A DNA stretch of 64,000 nt from Eukaryota sp. TZLM1-RC (GCA_040285825.1 JAUPSS010000004.1:2584550-2648549); one strand, 5' to 3'. Shown: positions 50,277 through 62,039, numbered from the stretch's first letter. The notes: a model not told the origin generated them from the letters alone. Numbers and translations: made by a program.

Positions 50277-53200
50277 CTGCCTTTTTTCTTCTTCTTGGAG
50301 GTAACTTCAACTTACATTGTTTGACATAGTGCAGAAGCTGATCGTTGATACTTGAGCTGTCTCTAAGTGAATCTAGCGGTTCCAATTGGGAGATCCCATT
50401 TGCAAAAGTTACGTAGAACCACAATTCATCTGGTCTTTCTTCATGGCCAGTCACCGCTTGAACTACTGTTTCATTGCGATCGTTAGCGGCTACTTGTCTT
50501 GCATGTCCATCTAGGATGTTAGGTGTAAATAATGAGAGTTCATGGCCCGACACTTTGTACTCTTCCGGACCAATGATGCTTCTTATGACGTATCCCGAGT
50601 TTCCTATTACTTCCTTTACTTGAAAGGGTCCAGAATGGAGTCGTAGCTTATGCGGTTTATCATACAGACGTATGACCAGATCATTAGTTTTGAACCTTGG
50701 ATGGTCGTCTTGTAAGTTACGAATAAATCTCTTCTGTATCTCATTGGCTGAGATAACGTTAGCTCGTAGGTCACTATCCAGTTTTTCCAAGTACTTAGCT
50801 GCTTTCGTTCTTTTGTCTAACTTATTGACCTCAGTACAAGAGCTTTTGTGCAGTAGTACATCTAAAGTATTTCGTCGTGGTTGCGTGAGAGATCCGAAAA
50901 TGAGTTGATGAGGAGTGAATGAAGTTCGAGAGCAAACAGAGTTGTTCAAAATAAGCTGTATCCTTGCGATCATGTCAGACCATCTTAGTGAGGGGTTCTC
51001 AGCTAAAAACTTCTGGAGTGTATCTAGAATGTCTCTGTTTTTTCGCTCTACAAGTCCATTGCTTTGATGCCAATGTGGATAAGAATGTGTTTGTTCAATT
51101 CCCAGACGCTTCGTAAGAATATCCATTATTTGGTTACAAAACTCTGCACCATTGTCAGAATGAAGTCGTAGTGGTAATCCAAAAATAGAAAAAACTGAAT
51201 TGTAGAGGGCGTCAGCTACAACTTCCGATGACTTGTTCTTCAAAGGGGTTAAGAACGCAAAGCGAGTGAAGGCGTCTACGCAGACCAGAATATACGAATA
51301 ACCGAGCTCGTCTTTAGGTAATTCCATAAGATCTATATGTATACATTCAAATGGAAAATCTGAGAATAATGTGCCCGAACTAGTTGTACTTGGTCTTCCA
51401 TGTTTCTTGGACTTTTGACATGCAAAACACTCTTGAACATATTGTTCAACGTCTGACTTCATTGTCTTCCAATGCAAGTTTTTTGACTTTAATTCTGCTA
51501 AGGTTCGAGAAGTAGAGGCATGATCGGCATGACTAGCTTTCAAGATTTCCCTTCTGAGGTTCTCTGGAACTTCAAGGGTTGGGTTTGTGTTGAGAGATAC
51601 AAGGAAGTCTTGGAGTGTGACAGGTGTGTATGAAGTCGACGTAAAGCAACGACTTAATGAATCAGAAAGCTCATTGTTTTTACCTTTTAAGTGGAGAATT
51701 GAGAATTCATATTGTCCCAGAACTGGAAGCCAGCGTTGTACCATGGGATTTGAGCTTTTATGAAGGTGAAGTAGATTCTTGTGGTCTGTGAGGATAGTAA
51801 ATCTTCTGCTGAGTAAGGACTTAGAAAGTGAACATTGAGTGAGAGTGTTGACGATGGCATAAAGCTCCTTGATGTTTGTAGACCAGTTTTTTTTGACTTT
51901 TCAAGAACTTTTTGGAGTGAAAACACAAAGGAACAAGGTCTTGTTCGTTCAGAGGTATCGAGGGGTCGAAGCTTGTTCTCGACGTCTTGAAAATCGCTCC
52001 ACCAATTCCTTCATCTGAAGCATCCGTGATTACAATCAAATGATCTGAAGGGCTTGGTAGGTTCAGGGGCACAGCTTTTGTTACTGCGTTTTTCAATCGT
52101 TGGATGCTGTCCAGGTGATGTTCTGACAAATGAAATTTTGCGTCTTTCGCTGTTAAATCATAAAGGGGCGCAGTTATGGAGGCAAAGTGGGGAATGAAAT
52201 CCCTAACGAAGTTTACAAGACCTAATAGCGAGCGAAGAGTTTTCTTATTGTATGGACGAGGAAACTTTTGTATCGCTTCTACCTTCTCATGATGGATTTT
52301 CTTCTGTCCGTCCTTGAACATCACACCTAAGAGAGTAAAGGGGTTGGTTTTGAGTGTTATCAGCGACTTTTTGGCGGACAGTTTTATTCGAGATTTTCGT
52401 GCATTATTCAGCGTTTCGTCTAGGTTTTTGAGGAAATCTTCAAAGTTCTTACCCAACAATCAATCTTACTATCAAGTCATCGATGTAAATTTCAGTGTTG
52501 TCGTTCTTAAATATTCTTGTCATCAAACTCTAAAACACGGATGGGAGGTTTTTCAATCCGAACGGTGAGCGAAGGAACTGAACAGATTTTCCGGGTACCG
52601 AAAGGGTTGTTTTTGCAATGTCTTCGTTTGCTACCGGTAGTTGGTAGTAGGCTCGAGGAAGATCAAAGATACCAATATAGTTTGCTTCTTCAATTTTGTT
52701 GAAGATCTCTTCAGATGTAGGTAAATCGATGGTTTCGGATCTTGTTTGTTCATTTGGTTTGGTGTAATCGCCACAGAGTCTGGGTTTCTTGGTGCGATAT
52801 TCAAGCAGTACAGCAGGAGCCCTGAATTGGTTTGTGTCTGATTCAGGTGTATAACGAGCAACACCTTTGGAAACCAAGTCATCCAAGATTTCATGTGCGA
52901 TTTTGAGTTTTCTGGGTGGAAGGAAACGTGGTTTAGAAGTAATTTTCACCGATTCATCAATAAGTGGAATTGTCATAGGCGGTGAATCTATACCGAGCTC
53001 ATGGGAATCACCTTCAAATACTTCAGCGTACTTCTTAACAATACTTTGTACTACATGTTTTTCTCCTTCAGCTAGGCTAACTGGAATAGTTTCCCAGTCT
53101 TGTCGCTGGTCTCTTTCTGGAATACGTTCCTCATTGAATGAAGGTGCGGCGGGTACTGTTACATTATCGTCATCAAGATTTGGATCGCTAATTAACGAGA

Positions 53201-54473
53201 AAAGGTCGTCAGCGGTTTGGATACCAATTTCAACAAGCACATCTCTTCCTAAAATTATATCGTAATCGATGTCATGAATGATAGCAATTGTGGATATTTC
53301 GACAGGAAAGTGAGTTTGAATGACGAAGGAGACTTGAGATTCATAGTGGGCTTGAGAAGTGGAGTTGATGCCTTTTACGAAGCAAGTTATCGGTCTGGTC
53401 TTTAAGCGAAGTTCAGATACGAGTTTCGGTGAGATATAAGTTCTATCCGAACCCGTGTCAAGCAAACTATTAACAGTTTTAGAGTGTATAGTAACCGGAA
53501 GAGTAAAGGGTTCGTTTTTTCTTGAGGCAGAGGATGAGTAATTTACGGTGTTTATTACTGGAGCAGTTTCATTGTAAGAGCGATGTCGAGTTGGTTTTGA
53601 GTTACCGTCCTTGAACCAACATTCAGATGGTAGATGGCCCTTTTTCTTACAGATGTTGCAGAATTTTGAGGTTCTTGATGATTTTTGGTCAGTTTCGGAA
53701 TTCCTTGTTTCGGAACTGCTTGTGTTCCTTTTGGGGGCTTTAGATGGATTCAACAAAAAGGGTTGAGCATCAATGATTCGACCATATTCGGCGATGGTTT
53801 TCCTTAAAAATGTTTCGAAGTCCTTGCATTGGGCAGACTTGGCCTCGATACGGAGCAGTAATGCTTGAGTGAATTGCTGATTTCTTAAGCCTTTGGCAAA
53901 TCGGGTCATGAAGTAGTCGTCTTGTAATTCAAGTAAGGAGCATCTTCTTTTCAACATGAGAAAGTTTGAAGCATACATAACAAGGTCTTCTCGTTTGGGT
54001 ATTTCTTCGGAGCTCTTCGTGATGTAGGTGGCCTTCAGAGTCCTATGGGCTTCTTCGACTTTTTTAAACTTCGTTTTCTTGACTAGGAAATCGAATATGC
54101 TTCTTTGCGATTTCAATGCTTTCCGATGGAAGGTGTAAATATAGTTTAGTACGCCTTTCGACAGGTGACGTGTAAGGTTCAGTCCCTTGGGGTAGGTCTC
54201 ATCAGAGGCATTAAATACTAGTTCTTCTGATTCAGAGAGACCCGCTTCGTCTTCAGTCTCTGAGCCATCGTTGGATTCATCGGAGGTGAAAGCAGCGTCT
54301 TCCACTTCTTCTTCTTCTTGGTTTTCGTCTTCTCGGTTTGAGACCTCGAGACGTTCAAGACTATATGTGAAGAGAAGTTGGTCCAAGAACCATACGATTT
54401 TGTCGACGTCCTCGAGCGAGTTGAGCCGAAGTTCCTCTCCTTTGTTTGGAGAACGAGAGAACAATGAATTCAT

Positions 54474-54567
54474 TGTTGGGTTGCGCACAAGTGAATAGGG
54501 GAAAAGTACGTTTATTATGCAAATAACACATTATAATAGTTGACACGTCATCATACCTAATGCTTCA
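54474..54567 (-). repeat. 5' LTR of element B (94 bp)
   Basis: Identical to 50183-50276. Confidence 0.97.
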
Positions 54568-54572
54568 TGTGG

Positions 54573-54870
54573 GAAATGGATTTGGTCGTAATCCGCGAAA
54601 TTTGCAAACCACAGTGGCAGTTCAGCATTAGCATTCCCCTTGTTGATCAGACCTAGCCAGGTCTTCCAGTAGATGTCATCAGCAGTATACTTTTCTCGAT
54701 GTTCTTCCTTTAGCTCGGTTAGTCGCATCCCTTCTTCTTCATCAATGTCTTCAGGCTTAATTAATTAGTCATATTCGGCTTTAGAGATGTTTTCTACAGA
54801 GAATTTCTACCATGGGAACATCGTTAGATCTATCTTCGTTGACAGGAGATCCAATAGGAGAAACCATATG
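54573..54870 (-). pseudogene. Fragment of an accessory ORF homologous to 47256-47680
   Basis: TADDIYWKTWLGLINKG versus HADHLWNTWLEIINER. Confidence 0.45.
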
Positions 54871-55999
54871 GGTGGAAAAAGGACGACTGATGAATTTATC
54901 TGTTTGGGAAATCAGGAATTAAGAACCTTAAGTGAAAATCCCAGTATCTATTTGAGATGAAATTCACAGACAATCAACAACTTCGTTCATTTTATATATA
55001 GTGTATCATTAGAATTTTTTTCATCAGATATGTTTATTGATTTGACAAAGAAGGAGAAAGTGTTGCTTACCAAAATGATATTTGATAAAGATGAACCATT
55101 TACAACCTTCTAACCAACAAAAACAGGTGTACAGCCTGAATTTGTCAGAGACGATAAAAAACTAGATAATTCTTGTTCAAGATCGTTCTTGATATCCTGA
55201 ACTACTTTATTCTTTAAATAAGTGTCGTAATGAACGTGGTGGTGAGACAAGGATATAAAGTCGGCAAACTGCCTGAATTCAGAAAGCATAACAGAATTAA
55301 AAGAAGTTCCAGAGGCACATATCCTTTTAGTGAGAAGTTCGTCTGCATTTTGTTTGAAGTTTTCTGTTTCATGGTCCTTTTTTACATCAGTAATTCGCGG
55401 TTGGTTGAGACGAGGAGCACGACTTTCAAATGATTCAGTTGCCGGAACAAGAAGAGCATCATATCCTTCATGAACACGGACAGTTTTTATTTCATTGACA
55501 GAAGTAGTAGATAATTGAATACATAAGGCATATCGAGCTCTATACTCCTTGATGAAATGGGAGGAAAAACGATGGGCGGAGCCCTTTAGCATTTTATTGC
55601 AAGAACGGCACTGTAAAGTAATATTCTTGGACTTTTTATCGTAACTAACGTTGTCCAGAAGTTTGTAGACAGGGTGCTTTGGCAATGAAGAAAGTTGATG
55701 TAAAGAAAGGGATTTATGTGTGAATACAAATTTTCAAATAAATAGATCTGTTACTGTGGTAGCCGAAATAGGGGGTTAGTGGGAAAACATAATCAAACAG
55801 AACTTTGATGACACGTGCCAATGAACAACAACTAGTTCGGCGTACGTTCGGAATTATAACATTGAATTCTACAATAGTTCCACGGTTGTCTCCATCAACT
55901 TAATCAGATATGATTCTAATTCTTCAAAATTTGGTTTTTCGGTGCGAAAAAGAGACGTTTTGACTCGATTTCTTACTCTAGTCATAGTATGGGGTGCTA

Positions 56000-56420
56000 C
56001 TTTTATACTGCAAAGAGTTTTGATATCTACACGATAAAGCTTGCCTTTGATGTAGAGAGTTTTTTCATTGAGTAGATGTTTTTGTCAATAGAAGACAAAA
56101 AGTCAGTTGTAGGAAGAGGATGTTGATAGTTGTTAGTGAGATCCCCCGGATAGGAATGAGGGGTCAATCGTTTCAAAACAAAGGGAGTCTCATCGGAAGC
56201 CTTGTAGTGTCGTAAAGCATAGCAATTGAAGGAGCAGTCTTTCTTAGTACAGCGTGCCTTGATACCTTAATGTTCACATTTGGGTAAGATAAACCTACAC
56301 ATGCAGCAACTGATTCAAGACGGACCAGTTTTTGATGAACTTCTTGAGAATGTGCTAGGCCTCAGAATGTACGTTGTCTTCACCGTTATAGTTTAGTGAT
56401 GTGACCATTATGTTGTTAGG
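56000..56420 (-). mobile_element. MULE-like transposase N-terminal remnant
   Basis: ARCTKKDCSFNCYA...FVLKRLTPHS resembles the WRKY/GCM1-type zinc finger of Mutator transposases; heavily disrupted. Confidence 0.4.
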
Positions 56421-56683
56421 GGTATAGATGGTTCAATTTAGGAAGGACTATAGAAATTCACTTTTGATTTCAAAGGGGTAGAAGTGTATTATAGTCTGAA
56501 AATTAATACAATAAAAAAATAAATTAATAATATAAACTGTACCATACGGTCGGACTTTTATTATAAAATGTGCTAAATACTACGACAATTCAGGAATTTC
56601 TCATCCATCTACTCCACTACTAGTAGTCAATACTCCAAAAAGACACTGAACAACCAGCATAAAGCAAAAAAGTACATGATTGA

Positions 56684-56920
56684 CATTACTAAGCGGCCGT
56701 CTGAGATGCTCCAAGAGCGTTTCAAAGGTGACAGCAAGCTTTTCATCACACATACGATTGGTTGAACCAGCAGCAACATCCAATAAGAAGAATGAGAATT
56801 TTATCTCAAGAACAACTAACCAAACCTTTAGTGAAGAGATCACAATCTTTCTATTTCCATTACTAAGCGGCCGTCTGAGAAGCTCCAAGAGCGGTTCAAA
56901 GGCGACAGCAAGCTTTTCAT
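56684..56920. repeat. 63-bp direct repeat pair (56684-56746 and 56858-56920)
   Basis: Three mismatches; encodes EKLAVxFExLLExLRRPLSN twice in ORF 56601-57155 (-). Confidence 0.9.
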
Positions 56921-57846
56921 GAGAAGAGAAATGCAAACATCTGCTGATGGTCAAGTCAAATTGAACGAAAAACAAAATGCTTGGGAAAAGAGAATTAATT
57001 TGCCTCCAAATTGATGTTTCAAAGGATGATGTAATCAGAGGAAAAACATTCAGTAGAGTAAACAAAGAAGAGAGAGACAACGTAACGCAGTATGGAATAA
57101 TGGGAAAAAAAGACAATAGGAGGGCCTGGACCGTGAAAAGCGAGGTTTTCAACAATCATGATGGAGAGGAAGGAAGTTCTATGCTGGGGGGAAAAACCTC
57201 AAAAACTGTACCATGCGTGGCATCATATGCATAAATGGCATGCGCCGTACACATATGACATGGTCAAAAAATGACTATTGCATAACACTGGATATTTTTG
57301 ACGTGAGACTTGCAATGTACTGGTTTATCAGGGGTAGCTTGTGTTTTTGAATCAAAATGGCTTCCTCAGAATCTGAAATGCACGCTTCTTCTTCCAACTC
57401 TATATCAAAAAAATAGGGCGGACCTGCTCCGCGTCAATATCCTATTGAACAGAGGTCGAAGTAACAATTGTTTGAAGTCCAGAGGAAGACCGGAAGCTAA
57501 TGCTTCCACGGTTTTGGAATTCGGTGGACCAGGCGGTGTCAATAGTAGAAGGAGAACGGAAATGGGAATCAGCTGGGAGGTTATGTGAAACATAAAACCT
57601 AAGCTCTTCAAAAGTCAGGAGAAGCTTCTCGATGGGAGGCAAGGAGGAAGGGAGCAATTAGGGTGAGATGATCCTTGGGATCAACAGAAATATCTGTTGG
57701 GTCACGTACATTGAAAAATAGCGTTATCAACAGGAACTGGCAGTTCATCTATGCCACAAGAAAAATCAACAGGAATAAAAACAGGAAACTAAATAAACTA
57801 ATGACACCTTTTCCTTGAATTCACTACTACTAAATATGGTAAAATC

Positions 57847-58774
57847 TAGCGATGTGCATTGTCCGGAATAGGCGGACTACGAACTAGTCCGTTCAAACAA
57901 ACTACGGATTAGACTACCCTGAAACTAAACGGACGAACTACGGACTAGACTAGCTGATCAACAAACGAACAACGAACGAACTAATCTCTAGTCCTTAGAT
58001 CATTCAAACACACTACCGACTAGTTTATTAATTGTTTAAGCAGACCAAAGACTAGTTCATCGGTTGATTAAATGCTTTACGGACTACCTTGTGAAATATA
58101 GCAGTTGACAAGAAAGTATTTCAACCATATTGAAACACATGAAAAAGCATCAACCATGTATTAAATCTTCTGAAAGTCGGCTTTTTTTTCAATCAATATC
58201 AACCCTCCCTTCTCAGAGAGAAGGTAAAAGAGAAACACATTCTAAACCACATTTTTACCCAGTCCACATAAAAAAATCTCTATTTTGTTTTAAATAAACG
58301 ACACCAATGCTGGATAACATACATAAATTTATCCGTGTTCTGCAAAAAAAATAATAAACCAATATCAATAATTAATCAAGTTCGAGCTGCCAGCCATTAA
58401 CAACCCAAGATTTTAAAGAGACTAGCACTCTCATCTTTAAGGGTAAGCTCTTATCTAAAGAAAACATGAAGGCTATTCCAAGCTTGTCGTAGAGATAGAA
58501 GGACCAGATCAACTTTAGGTCATCATCATTAGGTTTTGAGGAAGGAGAAGAAGACATTAGGTTGAAAGATTTAAAACACCACAATAAGGCAACAGTGATG
58601 AATGTCTGCCTTGTAGAACATTGGTATTGGTGATTTATCTATAAATAGAGTTCACAGTCATATGTATATTTAAATAAAATAGCTATTGACATAATCATTC
58701 TATATATGCAAATACGAACGAACTACGGACCAGTGCGTACACTAGTCCAAAGTTTAATGTTTTGCCCATCTCTA
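57847..58774. mobile_element. Non-autonomous hAT element
   Basis: TAGCGATGTGCA...TGCCCATCTCTA TIRs; GAACTACGGAC subterminal repeats; 8-bp flanks GTAAAATC and CTAAAATT (6/8 match). Confidence 0.8.
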
Positions 58775-59350
58775 CTAAAATTCCAACCGAAGTAGCTTCA
58801 GAACATTTTACACAATTTCAGGAAACTGCAAAGATTTGAACTCGCACTGTGGAAAGAGGGCCTCTTTATGCAACACTATAGTGTGTCAGTGAATGCTTAA
58901 TCATAAAATCCTTCTCTATCTGTAATATCGGTATGTGCAACAAATTCTTGAGTTGTTCACTGTCTACAGATATAAAGCTTTCAAATGTTCTATTTTCTTC
59001 CAGTTTTTGCTTCAACTTTTGCAAACAGTTAAACACACGAAAGAGCCAAGGTTCCTGGCTGGATGAAATTCTTTTGTGTTTTCCATAAGCATTTATAGTT
59101 TAACCAACAATTTATAAACCAACAATAAAGCACTAGATGGTACCCAGGTGATTAATAGTAAACACTGAAAATACTAGCTGCACTAAATGTTACTCTTCAA
59201 CTGAAACAAGACATTAATTTCATTTCTCCTTATCCTTAAATGTTTATCTCTGACCAAGTCTTTCAAATCTTGATAACAATGTAGTCGAATCTCCAGGATA
59301 TCTTCAACAACAAATGTGTTCGCACATTTTGGTTCTTACATACCTCTTTT

Positions 59351-60148
59351 ATGTCCAAGTCTAAACGAACGATCTCCTACCCTGACCTGGAGGAGGTACA
59401 AGCTGCGGGAATAGGCACGGGTGTGCAAGAAGGTCTTGCTGTTAGAACTCCTTTAGAATCCAAAGCTCGTGGAACCAGGGGCTCAACAGTTACACCAGCC
59501 TATCAAGGACGTCATACTACAATTGAAGAACCAGCCAAAGTTCCACGAAAAGGCAAAACTACAACAAGGATGAGAATGAGGGTCCCTGTTTCTGACGAGT
59601 CTGTGGAGACAGAACCTGTTGCAACAATTAGTAAGCCAACATTGACAGATGATGTTGTTGATCAACCCATAGCAATTGAAGAACCTCCTACCAGAAGAGT
59701 CGCACACAAGACACTACACAAGTTCTTACGTTTGGAAGGACAGCGGGCTTTGGCTGAATGGGCCGCTCAAGCCCCAGCACAACACGATACAGTGTCCCAA
59801 ACATTCGTTGAGCTTAGTCGCTACCTACACTTCTACATTAGCAAAGACGCTGGTCCATTGCCTGAAGACATAGAAATCGATGTTGAACGATCTGTTGTTC
59901 CTTTGTATTCACAATGTCCCGTTGGATTTATGACTTGTGCTAAGCGACGTAGCTTCAGGAAGAGAGAAACTACATACGAAAGAGATTTTAGCCGTCCTTA
60001 TGGGATTGATTTTTGGGTGATGAACCTAAGTGAGTCAACAGTTGATGTTTTGGATCATATTCCTACATCATTGTTTCGAAGACTCAAGGATGCTGGTGAT
60101 GTTCTTTGCCGATATACGTATCAGTATTACATTCCAAGAGGCTATTAG
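59351..60148 (+). CDS. Hypothetical protein, 265 aa
   Basis: Intact ATG-TAG ORF, more GC-rich than its flanks; disordered N-terminal half and globular-looking C-terminal half; no recognised motif. Confidence 0.55.
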   Translation: MSKSKRTISYPDLEEVQAAGIGTGVQEGLAVRTPLESKARGTRGSTVTPAYQGRHTTIEEPAKVPRKGKTTTRMRMRVPVSDESVETEPVATISKPTLTDDVVDQPIAIEEPPTRRVAHKTLHKFLRLEGQRALAEWAAQAPAQHDTVSQTFVELSRYLHFYISKDAGPLPEDIEIDVERSVVPLYSQCPVGFMTCAKRRSFRKRETTYERDFSRPYGIDFWVMNLSESTVDVLDHIPTSLFRRLKDAGDVLCRYTYQYYIPRGY

Positions 60149-61800
60149 GCACGGTTTAATCTCAACTAGGATTTAGATTATTCACTTTTTGACTTGTAGT
60201 TTAAAAATTAATGGAACATTATACACTTTAGTCGTTCTAATTTAGGGACATTACAGATGAGACTAATTCCAACAGATAAAAGTGATAAAATGCAAGAAAT
60301 CAAAAATAAATAAAAAAAATAACAAAAAATAAAGTTTATTGGAAAAATATATTTCGTGTATTTAATAATCGAAATATTTAAATATGAAAGATGTAATAAA
60401 AAATGAAATTTCAATATCGAGTGTACAAAGTTTGTTCATAAAAATTGATCAAATAGGGAGGAAATGAGGAATCACAAAAACAATCAGAATCTTCAACATT
60501 CATAATACCCTCTTGCATCTTATCCTACTTCCCTACTTCTAAGAGTTCACTTAACACCTCCGAACAACAGCCACTGCTGATACACTACTCGAATTCCTGA
60601 TTTGATGTAGCATTCAGCTCCCATCAGTGAGGAATGGTTCTTGCAAAAAGTTAATTACCATTGAAGAGCAGACTGATAAGGACATTTTTGGTTCTTTGGA
60701 GTTGACATTTCAACTGAGGTACTCTCCGATTTTGTTGACGCAATCTCTCCAATATGTCTGCTTAGCTAACATCGAATGCTCCCCACTGGTACAACCCTAT
60801 TGTGCAACGATTAGAATGTTCCCTCTCACCAAATTGTAATGCATCAAGACACGCCACAATTCCCCCTTGAGTTCTTATCTTCCACAAACTCGATTGGAAT
60901 TGAACACCTGATCTTATTCCGATCGATCGGTGCAATAACACTTACCTTCTAATTGTCCTTTGTCCCTTGTTCATGTTGTTTCTTCTGTGTGCTTCTCTCC
61001 ATATTTTCAACCCTGATCAATTATTTTTTTGTACATTTTGGGAAGATATCTTTTTAATTCAGGTATCTGACTTTCTAAGAGTGGAAAACCCTTTTTATTT
61101 ATTTTCTCTGATCTACAAACCTGAAACTTTACACTTTTCGAGAAGATTCTTTTTCTAACACTTTTATTACATTTATTTTTATTTTGTCATTAATTTTGTT
61201 TATGTCTTTGTTTTGCATAATATTGGACCATTACCGACCACATGTCTAGAACTACAAAAGTTTCTGGATCTTTGCTATTTCACTGCCATGCCCGACCTAT
61301 TTAACTTCACCTAATGGGTGGGGGCTTTGATTAATGCGTTTATATTGTGTTTATAGACTTTATTTGTTACTATATAGCCTTGAATATGCACTTCTTTTAG
61401 ATATTTCTTATTAATCTTGGAAGTCATCAACTTTTCATCACCAACATTATTTTCATTTGGTATTTCAATATTCAATAATTAATGAAGAACTTGTTAGACA
61501 TACATTGGCTTGCTTATATGGTTTAGTTTCAGATGAGCTTTCCCTTCACTGTTTATTTCCTATGAATTTCCTTCTTCTTTTTGGTATTTACCAAATATTC
61601 ATTTATTTCTTTAGTCATAATTTACTCAATTTTTTGTTGTTTATTCCACTTCCAAATCAGCTGTCTTTTTTACACAATTCATCGTCAGTTGTCTATTTTT
61701 TCCCTTTTTTTCGATTGTTGAAATAATAAATTTGGAAACTTTTTTGTCAATTTTCAAGTGTTCAGGCAATTTACGTTTCAGTTTTTGTTGGTTGTCATTT

Positions 61801-61961
61801 AGAGGCTCTACCAAATATTGAGAGTAAATCTCTTTATTTAGAGTCTCTATTCATGAATACCTGAACGACTAAGTAATCATTAATCATTCAGTTTTTAACT
61901 GTTTGAAGTTGATTACGGTCAAGAAAGATCTAATTACGTGTTGCTGTATAGTCTACATGTT
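61801..61961 (+). repeat. Conserved ~180-bp non-coding element, copy 3
   Basis: More diverged homolog of 41880-42040. Confidence 0.8.
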
Positions 61962-62039
61962 TCTAGATCTGATTATTTTTACTTACTTGTATATGAAGTT
62001 CCAAGTATCATAGCAAGTGTTTTCAGTGTTCTATATATG

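Larger units (their letters stand above)
50183..54567 (-). mobile_element. Full-length Ty3/Gypsy (chromovirus-like) element B, 4385 bp
   Basis: Identical 94-bp TG...CA LTRs and a 5-bp TSD TGTGG. Gag and pol in one frame: CNICKKKGHLPSEC, LLDTGSD, FDLPRAYYQ, YIDD, TDAS/KELYA/TDHKNL/SDSLSR, integrase HHCC plus D,D,E, GPF and a chromodomain-like tail. One stop (52530-52532) and two frameshifts (~52460, ~51890). Confidence 0.97.
44654..55864 (-). mobile_element. hAT element split by ~9 kb of nested insertions
   Basis: TIRs CAATGTTA(G/T)AATT at 44654 and 55864; shared GTTCGGCGTA subterminal repeats. BED-finger N-terminus at 55110-55685 (QCRSC...FSSHF); catalytic and C-terminal parts at 44950-46009 (VSDSAAN, PCVSQILDL, PAATRF, STGSAERNW). 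Flanking 8-mers match only 5/8. Confidence 0.7.
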
